64,000 bases of DNA from Solirubrobacterales bacterium (GCA_026392255.1 JAPLCJ010000049.1:6921-70920); one strand, 5' to 3'; numbered from the stretch's first letter, positions 16,740 to 29,432 are shown. Numbers and translations: made by a program. The notes: generated by a model from the sequence alone, not told the origin.

Positions 16740-18215
16740 TTAGGCGGGACGGGAGCCGTCAACCGCGATGCGGTCACGGTCGGCGGCAGTCGGCTCGCCG
16801 CCAAGGTGCCTGTTGACGAGGCGCGCACATTTACGACCCTCAGCGATCGCCGTGACTACAAGTGACTGACCGATCCTCGCATCGCCGCAGGCAAAGACGC
16901 CATCTACCGAGGAACCGAAGACCGGAGCCTTGACATTTCCCCGCGCGTCAAGCGCCAAACCAAGTTGTTCAACCATCCCCCCATGCTCGGGATGCGTGAA
17001 TCCAATTGCGATCAAAGCCAAGTCTGCTTCGATGATCTGTTCGCTGCCAGGGACAGCTGTGAGCTCCCTCGATGACGGCCCTTCCACTCTGTGGGCGTGG
17101 ACCTTAGTCAACTTGCCATCCTCGCCTTCAAACGTGGTGACCTCAGTCCCCCACTCGCGCTTGCCGCCCTCATCCAAGGCGTAGGTGCTTTTGGTGCGTT
17201 TAGGCGGAAGGGGCCATGGGGTCGTCTCGTCTCGCCCGGACTCTGGCAACTCTCCGTAGACATCAAGCACGATGACCTCCTCCGCCTCTTCCCTCAGAGC
17301 GTTAGAGATGCAGTCCATGCCAGTGTCGCCGCCACCGATGACCACAACGCGCTTGCCTGCTGCGCTGATGGTGCTCTCAGCCGTACGAGACTCCTTGCCA
17401 GCGGCTGCTGCCACGGCGCGGTTTCGCTGATAGAGGTAATCCATTGCGTAGTGAACGCCGGAGTTCTCACGGCCTGGGATTGGAAGGTCACGGTGGACGC
17501 GGGAACCGATTGCCACAACGATCGCGTCGAACTGATCGCGAAGCTCGCTGCCGGAGACATCAACACCAATCTCCACTCCGTAGCGGAACTCAATCCCCTC
17601 CTCGACCAGTAGATCCGTACGCCTGTCAATCACCGTTTTCGGCAGCTTGGCGTCCGGCACTCCAAACCGAAGCAGGCCGCCTGGGGCCTCGTCACGTTCA
17701 AAGACTGTTACGCCGTGCCCGAGCCGGCGAAGCTCCTGAGCGACAGCAAGCCCAGCCGGACCGGAGCCGACAACCGCAACCCTGCGTCCTGTCTCATGGG
17801 CAGGCGGTTCAGCAGTGATCCAACCCTCGTCAAACCCGCGTTCAACAATTGACAGCTCGATCTGCTCAATGGCCACGGGATCAGAATTGATCGCGAGCAC
17901 ACAGGCTGATTCACACGGAGCGGGGCAGATCCGCCCTGTGAACTCAGGGAAATTGTTGGTCAAGTGCAGCGCATCAAGTGCCTCGCGCCACTTCCCGCGG
18001 TAGATCAGGTCATTCCACTCTGGGATCAGGTTGCCAAGTGGACAACCGTTGTGGCAGAACGGCACTCCACAGTCCATGCAGCGCGCACCCTGCTCCTTGA
18101 GTTCGGCCTCTGGGCGGAGGTCGAAATACTGGTCGTGATCCTTCACCCGCTCAGCAGGGTCGCGTGCCACGAAGCTCGCGCGGTCAATCCGGAGGAAGCC
18201 GCCTACCTCACCCAT
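16740..18215 (-). CDS. gltD: Glutamate synthase (NADPH) small subunit
   Basis: It has Cys clusters [10 protein letters not shown]...[11 protein letters not shown] and [11 protein letters not shown], plus the [18 protein letters not shown] motif. It overlaps the gltB stop by 8 nt. Confidence 0.95.
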   Translation of the reverse strand: MGEVGGFLRIDRASFVARDPAERVKDHDQYFDLRPEAELKEQGARCMDCGVPFCHNGCPLGNLIPEWNDLIYRGKWREALDALHLTNNFPEFTGRICPAPCESACVLAINSDPVAIEQIELSIVERGFDEGWITAEPPAHETGRRVAVVGSGPAGLAVAQELRRLGHGVTVFERDEAPGGLLRFGVPDAKLPKTVIDRRTDLLVEEGIEFRYGVEIGVDVSGSELRDQFDAIVVAIGSRVHRDLPIPGRENSGVHYAMDYLYQRNRAVAAAAGKESRTAESTISAAGKRVVVIGGGDTGMDCISNALREEAEEVIVLDVYGELPESGRDETTPWPLPPKRTKSTYALDEGGKREWGTEVTTFEGEDGKLTKVHAHRVEGPSSRELTAVPGSEQIIEADLALIAIGFTHPEHGGMVEQLGLALDARGNVKAPVFGSSVDGVFACGDARIGQSLVVTAIAEGRKCARLVNRHLGGEPTAADRDRIAVDGSRPA

Positions 18216-21200
18216 CTTGGCTCACCGCCTTGTCAACCTCTGAACCAGCTGCCTCAGCACGCTCTTCCATCGCACGGCGGTAGTCCCGTGGCATCACCTT
18301 GACGAACGATCCAACCGCTGACTCCCAGCCGACAAGCAAACGCTTAGCGACCGCTGAGCCGGTCCGTTCGGCGTGCTCCGAAACCATCGCATGCAGCTCA
18401 GCCTCATCGTGCTCGCCGACAGGCTCAAGGTCTACAAGCTCCTGGTTGCAGCGGGCGGGGAACTTGCCATCCGGGTCGAGTACATAAGCGACGCCGCCGC
18501 TCATTCCAGCCGCAAAGTTACGGCCGGTTGGGCCAAGAATCGCGACACGGCCGCCTGTCATGTACTCGCAGCCGTGATCCCCGACACCCTCAACCACGGC
18601 GGTAGCACCTGAGTTACGGACACAGAACCGTTCTCCAGCGAGACCCCTGAAGAACGCCCGCCCGGAGGTGGCTCCGTAAAGCACGGTGTTACCGATGATC
18701 ACGCTCTCCTCAGCGAGGAACCCAGCCGACTCGGGGGGTCTTACAACCAAGAGGCCGCCTGACAGGCCCTTGCCTGCGTAATCGTTGGTCTCACCCTCAA
18801 GATCGAAGCTGACGCCCTTGGCCAACCATGCGCCGAAGCTCTGGCCCGCTGAGCCCTTGAAGTGGACCTCAATGGTCTCCTCCTTGAGGCCCTCAGATCC
18901 ATGACGGCGAGCTACTTGACCGGAGAGAATCCCGCCAACTGTTCGGTTCACATTGCGGACGCGGCGCTCGAGTCGAACCCGCTCCCCGCGCTCCAGAGCA
19001 GGCGCCGCTGCCGCAGTGATCTCCCAATCGAGTGCGTCCCCAAGAACTGGATCCTGCCCGCGGACTCGGTGCAGTGGGGTGCCCGGGGCAACCTTCGTCG
19101 GCGTCAGCATTCTGCTCAGGTCAACCCCATTGGCCTTCCAATGGTCGATTGCGGTGTCCATCTCAAGGAGATCAGACCGGCCGATCATCTCGTCAAATGT
19201 CCGTACGCCCATCGCGGCCATCAACTCGCGTGTTTCCTCGGCCACCCAGAAGAGGTACTTGACGACATGCTCAGGCGTACCGCGGAATCTGCGGCGTAGC
19301 TCAGGGTCCTGTGTGGCAATACCAACCGGGCAGGTGTTGAGGTGGCAGACGCGCATCATGATGCAGCCCATGGCGATCAGGGGAGCAGTCGAGAAGCCCA
19401 TCTCGTCAGCACCAAGGAGTGCAGCGATAACGACATCGCGGCCAGTTTTCATCTGCCCGTCGACCTGCAGGACCACGCGCGAGCGGAGATCGTTAGCAAG
19501 CAGGGTCTGTTGGGTTTCAGCGATGCCGATCTCCCATGGGACGCCAGCGCTGTGAATCGAGGACTGAGGGGATGCGCCCGTGCCGCCGTCGTAGCCGGCA
19601 ATGACGATGTGGTCGGAGTTGGCCTTCGCAACGCCAGCGGCAACCGTTCCTACACCGACCTCGGACACGAGCTTGACTGAGATCTCCGCATCAGGGTTTG
19701 CGCAGCGGAGGTCGTAAATCAGCTGCTTGAGGTCCTCAATCGAATAAATGTCATGGTGCGGCGGCGGGCTAATCAGGCCTACCCCGGGCGTTGAGTGACG
19801 AAGGAACGCGATGTAGTCATCGACCTTGTGGCCGGGAAGCTGTCCACCCTCACCAGGCTTGGCGCCCTGGGCCATCTTGATCTGGATCTGATCTGCGTTG
19901 GCAAGGTAATGAGCGGTCACACCAAAGCGGCCAGAGGCAACTTGCTTGATTGAGCTGCGGCGCAGATCTCCAGACTCATCACGAGTGAACCTGCGTGCAT
20001 CCTCACCGCCCTCGCCCGTGTTGGACCTGCCGCCAATCCTGTTCATCGCAATTGCGAGGGACTCGTGCGACTCAGGTGAAATGGAACCGAGCGACATGGC
20101 TCCGGTCGCAAAACGCTTCACAATCGCCGTGGCTGGCTCTACCTCGTCAAGGGGAACCGTCTCCCCGGTTGACTTGAGTCGCAGCAATCCACGCAGCAAT
20201 GCCTTCCGGCTCGCCTCGCCATTTACTTCGGCAGCCCATTCACGGTAAGTCGCGAGGCCATCATCGCCCTCGGTGTTTACAGCGTGCTGAAGCTTAGAAA
20301 TCGAATCTGGGTTCCAAATGTGGTGCTCTCCGTCACGGCGCCACTGGAGGAAGCCACCGACTGGAAGCTGCTCGCGGTCGCTGCTTGGCCACGCGCGGAA
20401 ATGCCGCTCAAGGGCTTCCTCGGCAAGAACATCTAGGCCGATGCCACCGATCCGCGATGAGGTCCCGGTGAAGTGCTTGTCAATGAGTTCGTTGTCGATT
20501 CCGACGGCTTCGAAGATCTGCGCGCCGCAGTATGAGGGGATCGTTGAGATACCCATCTTCGACATCGTCTTGAGGAGGCCCTTGCCGATCGCCTTGACAA
20601 TCCGCTCCTCTGCCTCGTCCTTGGAGAGGTCCACGGGCAGGAGTGACCTGTCAGCAAGCTCATCGAGTGACTCAAACGCCAAGTACGGGTTGATGGCCGC
20701 AGCGCCAAAGCCAATCAAGGTTGCCATGTCATGAACACCGCGCGGCTCGCCAGATTCCACAATCAGCCCGGCGCTGAGACGGGTGCCTGAACGGACCAAA
20801 TGGTGATGTACTGCTGAGGTTGCAAGCAACGATGGGATCGGCACGCGGTCGACGCCCACCCCCCGGTCGGAGAGGATCAGGATCGTTGCGCCGCCAGCAA
20901 TCGCTGCGTCGGCCTCTGAGCACAGGGTCGCCAGGCGTGCGTCCAGCCCAGCCTTGCCTTCCCACACCTGCCATGTGATGTCCAGAACCGCAGACTTGAA
21001 CTGCTCATGGTCAATCTGGCGCAGCCGCTCAAGCTCATGGTTGCGCAGGATTGGCTGGGCGATCATCAGCTGATGGGCATGTTCTGGTGTCTCGGAGAGG
21101 AGGTTGCCTTCCCGTCCAACGCAGGTCTCAAGACTCATGACGACGGCTTCCCGGATCGGGTCAATCGGTGGATTGGTTACCTGCGCAAAAAGCTGCTTGA

Positions 21201-22728
21201 AGTAGTTGAACAGCGGCGGCTGACGATCAGAAAGCACGGCAAGTGCCGCGTCGTTGCCCATCGAGGCGGTGGGCTCTTCTCCGGCGGCGGCCATTGGCGC
21301 AATGACCAGACGCATGTCTTCCTGCGTGTATCCGAATGCAAGCTGGCGCAACCTGAGTGGCTCTTGACGGGGAAGGTCAGGCTCCTGATCAGGAAGATCG
21401 TCTAGGCGAACTGACGACGCTTCAACCCACTCGCGGTAAGGCTGACGGCTGGCGACGGATTCCTTCACCTCGGCATCGCTGACAATCCGGCCACCCTCGA
21501 CATCGACGAGGAAAACCCGGCCAGGCTCAAGCCGACCCTTTCGGATGATCTGGTCGGGCTCAAGCGGAAGTACGCCGGCCTCGGACGCAAGAATGACCAT
21601 GCCGTCAGCCGTCTGGACCCAGCGACCTGGGCGAAGGCCGTTGCGGTCCAGTGTTGCGCCAATCGACCTGCCATCGGTGAAGACCACGGCTGCTGGTCCG
21701 TCCCACGGCTCCATCATGCAGGAGTGGAAGTCGTAGAAGCCCTCGAGATCCGGGCCTACTCCCTCGCGTCCCTTGTAAGCCTCAGGGAGCATCATCATCG
21801 CAGCGTGTGCAAGCGACCTACCTGAGTGCACCAGCAACTCAAAGACGTTGTCGAGGGAGGCCGAATCGCTGCCGCCAGGCCTGACTGCAGGGAGGATCTT
21901 GCTGATGTCGTCGCCGAAGAGGTCGCTCTCCATCTGACTCTCACGCGCACGCATCCAGTTGACGTTGCCTCGAAGGGTGTTGATCTCGCCGTTGTGGGCG
22001 ATCATCCGGTACGGATGTGCCAGCTCCCATGAGGGGAACGTGTTCGTTGAGAAACGGGAGTGGACCACCGCGAGTCGAGTAGCCATCAAAGGATCACGCA
22101 AGTCAGGGAAGTAGCCGGGAAGCTGAGGCGAGGTGAGCATTCCCTTGTAGACGAGGGTTCGCGAGGAGAAGCTAGCGATCGCAAGTTCGCTGCCAACTTC
22201 CTTTTCAATCACTCGGCGGATCACATAGAGACGGCGCTCAAGCTCATCCTGGTCCACAACACCCTCACCGGCCCCAACCAGAACCTGACGGAAGGTAGGT
22301 GCAGACGCCAAAGCCGTTTCCCCGCAGTGCCTGCGATCAACTGGGACAGTCCGCCAGGCAAGGACTTCTTGGCCCTCATCTGTAATGACGCGCTCAACGA
22401 TTGCTTCCATCGCCTCTCGCTGCCGGTCATCGGTTGGCATGAACAGCTGTCCAACGCCGTAGCTGCCGGCATCTGGAACTACCGAGCCGAAGGCTGACCG
22501 GAGGAACTGGTCGGGAATCTGAATCAGAATGCCGGCGCCGTCACCCGTGTCGGGGTCGGCTCCCGCAGCACCGCGATGCTCAAGATTGGCAAGTGCAACC
22601 AGAGCCCGTTCAACCACACCGTGGCTGGGGCCTCCAACAAGCTGTGCAACAAAGGCAACGCCACAGGCGTCGTGCTCGTATTGCGGGTCGTAAAGCCCGG
22701 ACCGTCCGGGTCGCGTCGTCATTTCCAT
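18208..22728 (-). CDS. gltB: Glutamate synthase large subunit
   Basis: 1506 aa. The amidotransferase N-terminus reads [15 protein letters not shown] and GXGXG domains are present throughout. Confidence 0.97.
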   Translation of the reverse strand: MEMTTRPGRSGLYDPQYEHDACGVAFVAQLVGGPSHGVVERALVALANLEHRGAAGADPDTGDGAGILIQIPDQFLRSAFGSVVPDAGSYGVGQLFMPTDDRQREAMEAIVERVITDEGQEVLAWRTVPVDRRHCGETALASAPTFRQVLVGAGEGVVDQDELERRLYVIRRVIEKEVGSELAIASFSSRTLVYKGMLTSPQLPGYFPDLRDPLMATRLAVVHSRFSTNTFPSWELAHPYRMIAHNGEINTLRGNVNWMRARESQMESDLFGDDISKILPAVRPGGSDSASLDNVFELLVHSGRSLAHAAMMMLPEAYKGREGVGPDLEGFYDFHSCMMEPWDGPAAVVFTDGRSIGATLDRNGLRPGRWVQTADGMVILASEAGVLPLEPDQIIRKGRLEPGRVFLVDVEGGRIVSDAEVKESVASRQPYREWVEASSVRLDDLPDQEPDLPRQEPLRLRQLAFGYTQEDMRLVIAPMAAAGEEPTASMGNDAALAVLSDRQPPLFNYFKQLFAQVTNPPIDPIREAVVMSLETCVGREGNLLSETPEHAHQLMIAQPILRNHELERLRQIDHEQFKSAVLDITWQVWEGKAGLDARLATLCSEADAAIAGGATILILSDRGVGVDRVPIPSLLATSAVHHHLVRSGTRLSAGLIVESGEPRGVHDMATLIGFGAAAINPYLAFESLDELADRSLLPVDLSKDEAEERIVKAIGKGLLKTMSKMGISTIPSYCGAQIFEAVGIDNELIDKHFTGTSSRIGGIGLDVLAEEALERHFRAWPSSDREQLPVGGFLQWRRDGEHHIWNPDSISKLQHAVNTEGDDGLATYREWAAEVNGEASRKALLRGLLRLKSTGETVPLDEVEPATAIVKRFATGAMSLGSISPESHESLAIAMNRIGGRSNTGEGGEDARRFTRDESGDLRRSSIKQVASGRFGVTAHYLANADQIQIKMAQGAKPGEGGQLPGHKVDDYIAFLRHSTPGVGLISPPPHHDIYSIEDLKQLIYDLRCANPDAEISVKLVSEVGVGTVAAGVAKANSDHIVIAGYDGGTGASPQSSIHSAGVPWEIGIAETQQTLLANDLRSRVVLQVDGQMKTGRDVVIAALLGADEMGFSTAPLIAMGCIMMRVCHLNTCPVGIATQDPELRRRFRGTPEHVVKYLFWVAEETRELMAAMGVRTFDEMIGRSDLLEMDTAIDHWKANGVDLSRMLTPTKVAPGTPLHRVRGQDPVLGDALDWEITAAAAPALERGERVRLERRVRNVNRTVGGILSGQVARRHGSEGLKEETIEVHFKGSAGQSFGAWLAKGVSFDLEGETNDYAGKGLSGGLLVVRPPESAGFLAEESVIIGNTVLYGATSGRAFFRGLAGERFCVRNSGATAVVEGVGDHGCEYMTGGRVAILGPTGRNFAAGMSGGVAYVLDPDGKFPARCNQELVDLEPVGEHDEAELHAMVSEHAERTGSAVAKRLLVGWESAVGSFVKVMPRDYRRAMEERAEAAGSEVDKAVSQDG

Positions 22729-22847
22729 CTTCCCTGCTGGTGGTAGGCGCGTCGGCGCGGATTGTCAGGTGATTGCCGAGGCAGTTTAGCCCGAAAAGGC
22801 CCCAGAGCGGATTTTGGGCGCATCGCAACCCATGCTGCAGCCGTTGG

Positions 22848-25800
22848 TTAGCCGTCAGGAGCCACGAGGCGATCGGTCGCCTCAAGGTCCCATGAGCAGA
22901 GTCGGCCGCGGGCGGGGCAGCCACTACAGGTCCCAACCCACGGCTTTTCAGTAACCGGAACATTGCCAGCAAGGAGCGGAGCTGCCCGCTCGCCAAGGCT
23001 GCTAGCTAGCGAAACAAGATCCTCAGAAGTGAACCGAACGGAAACAGGCTCATCGGGACGCTCTGCGTAGAGATGGATGACCTCAACCCCGTCGCCCGAT
23101 TCACCAACTGCAGCTGAACTGAGCGCCGCCAAGCCATAGGCCTGACGCTGGATTGAGTAGTCCCGCGCTACCAAAGCCTCAAGATCCTCAGCCTCTGCGG
23201 CCCCGGCGCTGGTCTTCCAATCCACCACCACTGGGCCACCACCGTCGCTTGTCGCAAATACATCGAAGATTCCCCTCAACGGAATGGAGTCATCGCCGCA
23301 GTCAAGCTTGACCACAAATCCCTCTTCCCGCGAAACCCTTCCCCCGACAGCGCTGATCTCGCGCAGCCTCGCCCAAGTCTTGGAGCCGATGATGCCGGCG
23401 GCAAGGTCACTGACATGGCTGGCCTCCTCGTCAGTGATTGAGATGTCGGCGATGTCAGCCTCGGCCTTCGCATCCGCAGCGGTCGGGACCGGACCATCCA
23501 GCGGCGCGTTCTCGAGTAGTCCATGCAGAATCACTCCACGCTCGTTTGGCCGCAGACCCGCTTCAGGCGCTGGCCCGGAGGACCTGGCTTCCCCAACGGG
23601 GCTGAGCTCAATGATGTTTTCCGCGTACCAGCGGAACGCGCACTTCCCAGCGGTTTGAAGGCCGCTGTAGGAGAGCGAGGACGGACGCAATGGCACGGCC
23701 TTCGGGTTGAGGGCGCCTTCGACCGGGTGAAGGTCGGGCTCGACACTTGTTGCAGGCACCTGCGGAATTGCCTTGAGCATGGCTTCAAGCCCCTGACCCG
23801 AGTCAACTGTCACATCCATCGTGGCCCCGCCGAGATACGTCTCGGTCCACGCGCCCGGCTCCCCTTCAGCTCCCGCGCCAGCGCAATGAGTTGCCAAGCC
23901 AGGGATCAGCTCCGCGTCGATCATCCGACTCAAGTTTGTGTTGCTACCACCCGCTCCCTGTGGCTTGGGAGCATCGACCGGCCCCTTGCTGAAGGTCCCG
24001 GAGAGGATCAACCGGCGCTGGGGCCGAGTGAACCCGACGTACATGATCCTCATCTCCTCAGCAACATCAGATGCCTTCTCCTGATCAACGAACTCCTGAT
24101 CAGCAAAAGTTGCCACGGCCTTGGCGCCAATCATCTCCCGCCACCTGAACAGGAGATTGCTCCCGTCTGCGCTGACTGAGAGCACCGCCGAGTCGTTGTT
24201 CGCGCCGCGGCCAAGGTCAACAAGCACGGTCAATGGGAACTGCAATCCCTTCGCCTGATGGATGGTCATCAGCCGCACCGCACCTTCCGACCCGCCGGCT
24301 TGCTCAACGACTGCCTCGCCATCGCGCTTGTTGTCAGCGCCAGCGAGCCGCAGGTCAGCCTCACGAGCGAATGCGGCGGGATCAGCCCCATGTTCAGCCT
24401 CCCAAGCAGAGGCGAGGGCCTGCATCCTGCGCACGTTGGCAAAGCGCCGGTCCCCAGCGGGGAGTCCGAGGAGGTAAAGGTCATAGCCGGTTTCGATCAG
24501 GGCAGCCTCAATCGCATCAGACAGAGACCGCCGTCCAGCCAGCGCGCGCTGCTGAGCAAACCAGGGAACAAAGCGATCGCGGATGCCTGCGTCCTCGTCA
24601 TCCAGCACAACGGTGCCGAGGGCTTCAATCAGAGGCACCTCTTTGTCTCGAGCCTCTCCCGCAACCAGCACCAGTGCGTCAACCGACAGACCGCAAATCG
24701 GCGAGTACAGCATGTGGAAGAACCTCTCCTCATGGCAGGCGTTGCCAGTTGAGGCAAGCAAGGCCACTAAGTCTGAGACCTCCGGGCGAATCCAGAGCCC
24801 GCCTGCTCCCTCAATCGTTGCTGGGATCCCAAACGATCGCAACGCCTCGGCGAAGGGCTTGAGCCCACTGACTGCTCTGGCAAGGACAGTCACATCGGAT
24901 GCTGCGTAGCCAGCAGTCTCATCGTCCAGCAAGTCCTTGATGCGCCGCGCAACAGCTGCGGCTTCCGCATCGCGCCAACCGTTTCCGACGATCGAGTCCA
25001 GCCACACCGGTGGGTCGTGCTCGTCAGCCAAAACTGCCTTGATCTGATCCCGATCTTCAAGGATCAGCTCAACCCGGTTGTCCTCTCGGACATTTGCCTC
25101 GCCGGCAGTGAGCGTAAGAAGCCCTTCCAGGTTCTGAGCGTCGAAGATGTGGTTGTTGGTTTCAAGAATCGGTGACCGCGAGCGGAAGTTTGTGGTCAGC
25201 TCGAACCGGCGTTCACGCCCACCAAGCTCATTGGCCCGCTGCTCGAAGATCTCAACCTCGGCGTGCCGGAAGCGATAAATCGATTGGGCCACGTCCCCCA
25301 CCGAGTAGTACTTGCCCTCCGGTGAAATCAGCCCAATCAGCTCGGACTGAATGCGGTTGATGTCCTGGGCCTCATCGAGGAAGACACGCTGGAACCGCGC
25401 GCCGGCAGGTCTCCAGTCACCAGTGTTGCCGTCCTTGGCTGCACTATCGCGGCGCTCTCTCAGGATCCTCAGGCTGAGAAGCGCCAGATCTGAAAAGTCG
25501 AGTAGGCCTGCATCAGCCTTCATCTCTGCGTAGGACAGGTCCCACTCCTCAAGTAGCGCTGCCATCAGAGTCAGGTCGGGGAGAGCGCAGAGGTTGGCTA
25601 CCTGTCCAGCCAGGATTCCCAGAGCATCATGCAGAGCCGCGCGCACCTCGCTACCCCCAAGGAGCTTCCCGGTCCCAGCAAGAAATTTATCCGGCGCACT
25701 CTGAGCGGTGTGCGGGGTCATGATCGAGATCAGCTCCGCCTCGGCCTGCCGGTTCTCGATTGTCTTGTTCGTTGCCCAGTCAGAGGACTCGGCAAGGAAC

Positions 25801-26459
25801 TGCTGGGCGAGAGCCTTCGCGGTCTCTAGCGTTGTCTCAACGGACTCCTTGGCCTCGGCCTCATCAGGGACGCCAAGCCGCGGGTGTTCCTCCCCACCAG
25901 TCCGCAGCCGAGCATGGACCGACCTGATGTTGCTCTCAAGTGATGCTCGCGGGTTGTCGTCGTAGTTGGCCAGCAGCTCGAGGGCGCTCTGACCGTGTTT
26001 CTCCTGAAAGCGTTCGAGCGTCACTGCCCAGGCCCGGCCGACAAGCTCAGGGTCTGACTCGTCAACAATCTTGAACCTCGGGTCAATCCCAAGCTCGAGG
26101 GCATTACGACGAACCATGCCCTGACAGAACCCGTCAATGGTCGAAACTTCGGGTTCCTCATCAGGGATCGGTGGTGGCGTGTCGAGCCCATCGCGGAGCC
26201 GGATCAGAGCAAGCGTCCGTGAACGAATCCGGTCGCGCATCTCTGCCGCAGCCTTCCGAGTGAATGTGATCGCAAGAACTTCGCTCGGTTTGACCGGCTC
26301 ACCAGTTGCCAATTTGTCAACCGTGACTGACAGCGCAACACACTCCGCAAGGACTCCGGTCTTGCCGCTTCCTGCTCCGGCGACAATCACCGCCTCGTCG
26401 TGGCGTGCCTCAATCGCAACGGCCTGCTCAGCCGTCCAGCTGCGGGTCGGATCGATCAT
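22848..26459 (-). CDS. UvrD/AddA-type ATP-dependent helicase-nuclease subunit (AddA/AdnB-like) with a C-terminal PD-(D/E)XK nuclease
   Basis: It has the Walker A motif VAGAGSGKTGV and UvrD motifs. The C-terminus reads GKCAFRWY...FDVFATSDGGGPVVVDWKTS...QRQAYGL...CSGCPARGRLC. The ATG at 26459 overlaps the upstream stop as ATGA (26456-26459). The track start at 26480 is a GTG without an SD. Confidence 0.85.
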   Translation of the reverse strand: MIDPTRSWTAEQAVAIEARHDEAVIVAGAGSGKTGVLAECVALSVTVDKLATGEPVKPSEVLAITFTRKAAAEMRDRIRSRTLALIRLRDGLDTPPPIPDEEPEVSTIDGFCQGMVRRNALELGIDPRFKIVDESDPELVGRAWAVTLERFQEKHGQSALELLANYDDNPRASLESNIRSVHARLRTGGEEHPRLGVPDEAEAKESVETTLETAKALAQQFLAESSDWATNKTIENRQAEAELISIMTPHTAQSAPDKFLAGTGKLLGGSEVRAALHDALGILAGQVANLCALPDLTLMAALLEEWDLSYAEMKADAGLLDFSDLALLSLRILRERRDSAAKDGNTGDWRPAGARFQRVFLDEAQDINRIQSELIGLISPEGKYYSVGDVAQSIYRFRHAEVEIFEQRANELGGRERRFELTTNFRSRSPILETNNHIFDAQNLEGLLTLTAGEANVREDNRVELILEDRDQIKAVLADEHDPPVWLDSIVGNGWRDAEAAAVARRIKDLLDDETAGYAASDVTVLARAVSGLKPFAEALRSFGIPATIEGAGGLWIRPEVSDLVALLASTGNACHEERFFHMLYSPICGLSVDALVLVAGEARDKEVPLIEALGTVVLDDEDAGIRDRFVPWFAQQRALAGRRSLSDAIEAALIETGYDLYLLGLPAGDRRFANVRRMQALASAWEAEHGADPAAFAREADLRLAGADNKRDGEAVVEQAGGSEGAVRLMTIHQAKGLQFPLTVLVDLGRGANNDSAVLSVSADGSNLLFRWREMIGAKAVATFADQEFVDQEKASDVAEEMRIMYVGFTRPQRRLILSGTFSKGPVDAPKPQGAGGSNTNLSRMIDAELIPGLATHCAGAGAEGEPGAWTETYLGGATMDVTVDSGQGLEAMLKAIPQVPATSVEPDLHPVEGALNPKAVPLRPSSLSYSGLQTAGKCAFRWYAENIIELSPVGEARSSGPAPEAGLRPNERGVILHGLLENAPLDGPVPTAADAKAEADIADISITDEEASHVSDLAAGIIGSKTWARLREISAVGGRVSREEGFVVKLDCGDDSIPLRGIFDVFATSDGGGPVVVDWKTSAGAAEAEDLEALVARDYSIQRQAYGLAALSSAAVGESGDGVEVIHLYAERPDEPVSVRFTSEDLVSLASSLGERAAPLLAGNVPVTEKPWVGTCSGCPARGRLCSWDLEATDRLVAPDG

Positions 26460-29432
26460 CGCATCGTCCGGCAGAGCCACTCGTAGCTACAGCCACCGTC
26501 GTAGCTGCAGTGGGCGGGGTCAGAATGCAAGAGGCCATCGCGGATTCCCATGACAGCATCACGGGCCCTCTTCCTGGCCGAATCAATCAGCGCTTGAAGC
26601 TCATCCTCCGACACAGCGTCCTTGCCCCTGTCATTGAGAGCTGAGGCTCCGGGAACACCTTCCACAATTGCGCCTCGCATCTTGCGATCCTTGACCGACT
26701 CATAGAGAGCGGCCGCTGGCTTGCCTCCAAGCAGCTGAATAGCCGCCAGTAGGTAGATCGGGGCCTGGAGGCGACGCTCTGACTCCCACTTCTCCTGTGC
26801 CCAAATGGTCTTCCCGCTTTTGTAGTCACGCACGAGGAGAGTTCGCTCCCCGTCGGCCTCAATGACATCAATCCGGTCCACGGTGCCGCGCAACTTGATC
26901 CCATCGCCGAGGTCGAGTGGGTCTCTGGCCTCTCGGCCTGTCTCTGGGTCGGCCTCACAGCCAAACTCGAACTCAACCTCAATTGCCTTCGCTGGCCAGT
27001 CTCGAGAACACTCAAGATCAAGCCACTGGAGTGACAGTGTCTCCGCGCGCTGAAGGGCCACGCGGGCCGCGAGTGTGTTGGCCGACTCTTTGCCGATCTT
27101 GGCGATTGCCTCGGTGATGGCCTTCTTGGCCGCTTCCATCACGGCAGGCTCGATCCGACCGTCGCCTTCCTCAATGGCAACCTCGACGGCGCGTTGCAGC
27201 GCGAAGTGGACAGCTGTCCCTCTAAACGTTGGCTCCCCTTCGGGCTCCATCTCCTTGGGACCGAGGACATTCTGCCCAAGCCATTTCAGAGGACAGTCGC
27301 AATAGGCCTCGAGGCGACTGGGTGACACGACCTTCTCGTATTCACTACCGATCTGAGCTCGGGCAGCCTCCCCCAGCTCGGGCAGCCTCCCCCAAGGTCG
27401 CCGGCAGGTCACGCACTCTGGAGCCACCAGCCTCGTTGGCTAGTAAGCGAAGTTTGAGCCGTCCGCCCTCGGTGTCCCCAATCGGTTGCACAGTCCCGGC
27501 CGAGCGGTCTGGCTTGCGCTCGGCGAAGGCCTCAAGGTCATAACCCAGCAGTCGCAGTACCTCGTCTTGATAAGCGGAGCTGGCCACTTGAGCCCCGGCG
27601 TCGTCACGCACTCGCCTGACAAGAATCACGCACTTCCGGGCTCGAGCAAAACAAGCAATGAAGCGCTCTTTCTCCCCCGCCTCTTGCCTTCCGGCAGCGC
27701 TGGAGTAACGGATGTCGTTCTGCTCGTCAGCTGGCAGGCGCGCCTCTCCTAGACAGTCGGCTGGCGTGTCTCCCAGGAACGGGTCGTGACCCGAGGCGGC
27801 GGGGAACAGACCGTGTTCCAACCCGTAGACAACAACTGCGTCAACTCTGCGTCCCCGAATCGATGACGGGTCGGTGAACAGAACCGCGCCCGTTCGTGCC
27901 GAACCCGTGTCAATGTCGACCTCAAGCGCACCGAGTTCCTCGATCATCGTCTGAGGATGGTCACGGTCAAAGAGCTCGGCCAAGTCAAGGGCTGACTTGG
28001 CGACCGTCGATACAACCGCCGCGTCAAAGAGCGTGTCCCGCTTCAGGCGCTCGCCGCGACTGACCGGCCCGGCACGCAGAAGCTCGTCGGCCGCCGTCGC
28101 GAGCGCGTCAGCAAGGTCCTTCTTGCTGGCATGCCTTGCGAGCCGTCGTCCCGTCTCAAGTTGCTCACCAATCTGGACGTCCCATGAACGGAGTACCTCT
28201 TCAGCTGAATGCACGCCCTTACGGCGAAGCTCAGCCTCAATTCGGTCCACAATCAGTGCACGCTCGGCCCCCGCTACCACCCGGACCCAGGCAAGGCCGT
28301 CCTCCAGCGTGGCTAGGTCAGCCTGGAAGGAAGCCCGACAGAGGCCGATCAGCCCCCGACCGAGCGTCGTGGCTCCCAGCGGGGCGGACTCGGGACGAGC
28401 TACGTCCACTCCCGAAAGGTTGAGTATTGATTCCAACAGCGCATCTCCATCGGCGTGTGGCCGCACAACTGCGATTGCCTCCGGTGCCATGCCGTCCTGG
28501 ATCAGTTCCAAGACTGCACCAGCCGCAAGCTCCGCAGTGGCACGCGCACCTGATCCGGTCAGGATCCGCACGCTGCTTCCATCATCAGTCACCACACTGC
28601 CCGCTGAATTGGAGAAGAGCTTGTCGGCCAGCTGGCCCAGCACGCCATTGGACTCTGGGTCAGAGTCAAGCAGCGTTTCCTTAACCTCAAGTCCGTTCCC
28701 AGCGCCTGCCTTGAGCCTGAGTGCCGCGGTCTGCGCGACGCCAACTCTGCGGTCGGTTTCAGTTGGGAGCGACACCATTACGTCCGTGCCATGCGCAAGC
28801 GCCTTGATCGTCTCCACCTGAACTGCAGTGAGGTCCGAGAAGCCGTAGAACAGGACCGGCTCCGACCCACCTATCGCGGGCGACATTCTCAGAGCGTCGA
28901 GTGAACGTCGGGCCTGAAGGTCACGGTCAGTTATCTCCCCGCCGGCAAGCCGCTCGAAGTAGGCGCGAACCAGACTCATCGTCGCGGCTGCGCGTGAAGG
29001 GCTGCTCTCGGACAGCATTTCCTCAAGCAGGTCGTCAAGAACCAGTCCGCGTGAGTGCTCCACAACCAGTCGCTCAAGTGCGATCGGGAACCCGGGAGCA
29101 CGGGCGGAATCAGTAATCCCTCCCAGAGACTTGTTGGCAAGGCCCGCCTCTACAACCTCGCGGACAATCAGCCTGCGCCGAAGCGGACCAATCAGCCTGC
29201 CCTTAACACCGCCGCGTCTAGCCAAATCACGGACGAACCGCTCCCACGTGACCACGCGACCACCGATCAGTGCTCCGTCCTCGAGGAGCTCATTCTCATA
29301 GGTCTCGCGGTCTGCGCCCGTGGGCACGACAAGCACTGGTGCTGAGCCTGATTCCGCTTCGGCGCGGAACCGGGACAGGACTACCCCCGCCTTTGAGGCG
29401 TTGGCCGGTCCAAGAATCAGGTCGAGAGGCAT
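26456..29432 (-). pseudogene. AddB/AdnA-like helicase-nuclease subunit, split into 695-aa and 323-aa ORFs by a 19-bp tandem duplication
   Basis: The N-terminal ORF (29432-27345) has a degenerate Walker A (LILGPANASKAG) and helicase-like domains. The C-terminal ORF (27427-26456) has an AddB/Cas4-like nuclease (SRLEAYCDCPLKWL, DRIDVIEADGERTLLVRDYKSGK, LQAPIYL, HCSYDGGCSYEWLC). Deleting one copy of the 19-mer joins them in frame: ...DLPATLGEAARAQIGSEYEKVVSPSRLEAYCDCP... The result is a 985-aa protein. Confidence 0.85.
27356..27394. repeat. Perfect tandem duplication of a 19-bp unit (agctcgggcagcctccccc, two copies plus 1 nt)
   Basis: Read directly from the sequence: copy 1 is 27356-27374 and copy 2 is 27375-27393, and they are identical. 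Confidence 0.97.

Noticed and set aside
22729-22847. Possible terminator or riboswitch in the addA-gltB spacer
   Set aside because: Only 4-bp stems could be drawn (CCCA/TGGG). I recognised no conserved riboswitch blocks.
27997-28821. A 274-aa plus-strand ORF. Similar long antisense ORFs occur at 18953-19555, 23523-24179, 24233-24862, 47226-47807, 54044-54589, 54977-55543, 41602-42102, 4440-4796 and 11732-12181.
   Set aside because: All lie antisense to genes with strong family signatures. Their products are Arg/Ala/Ser/Pro-rich low-complexity strings, typical of non-coding frames in GC-rich DNA.
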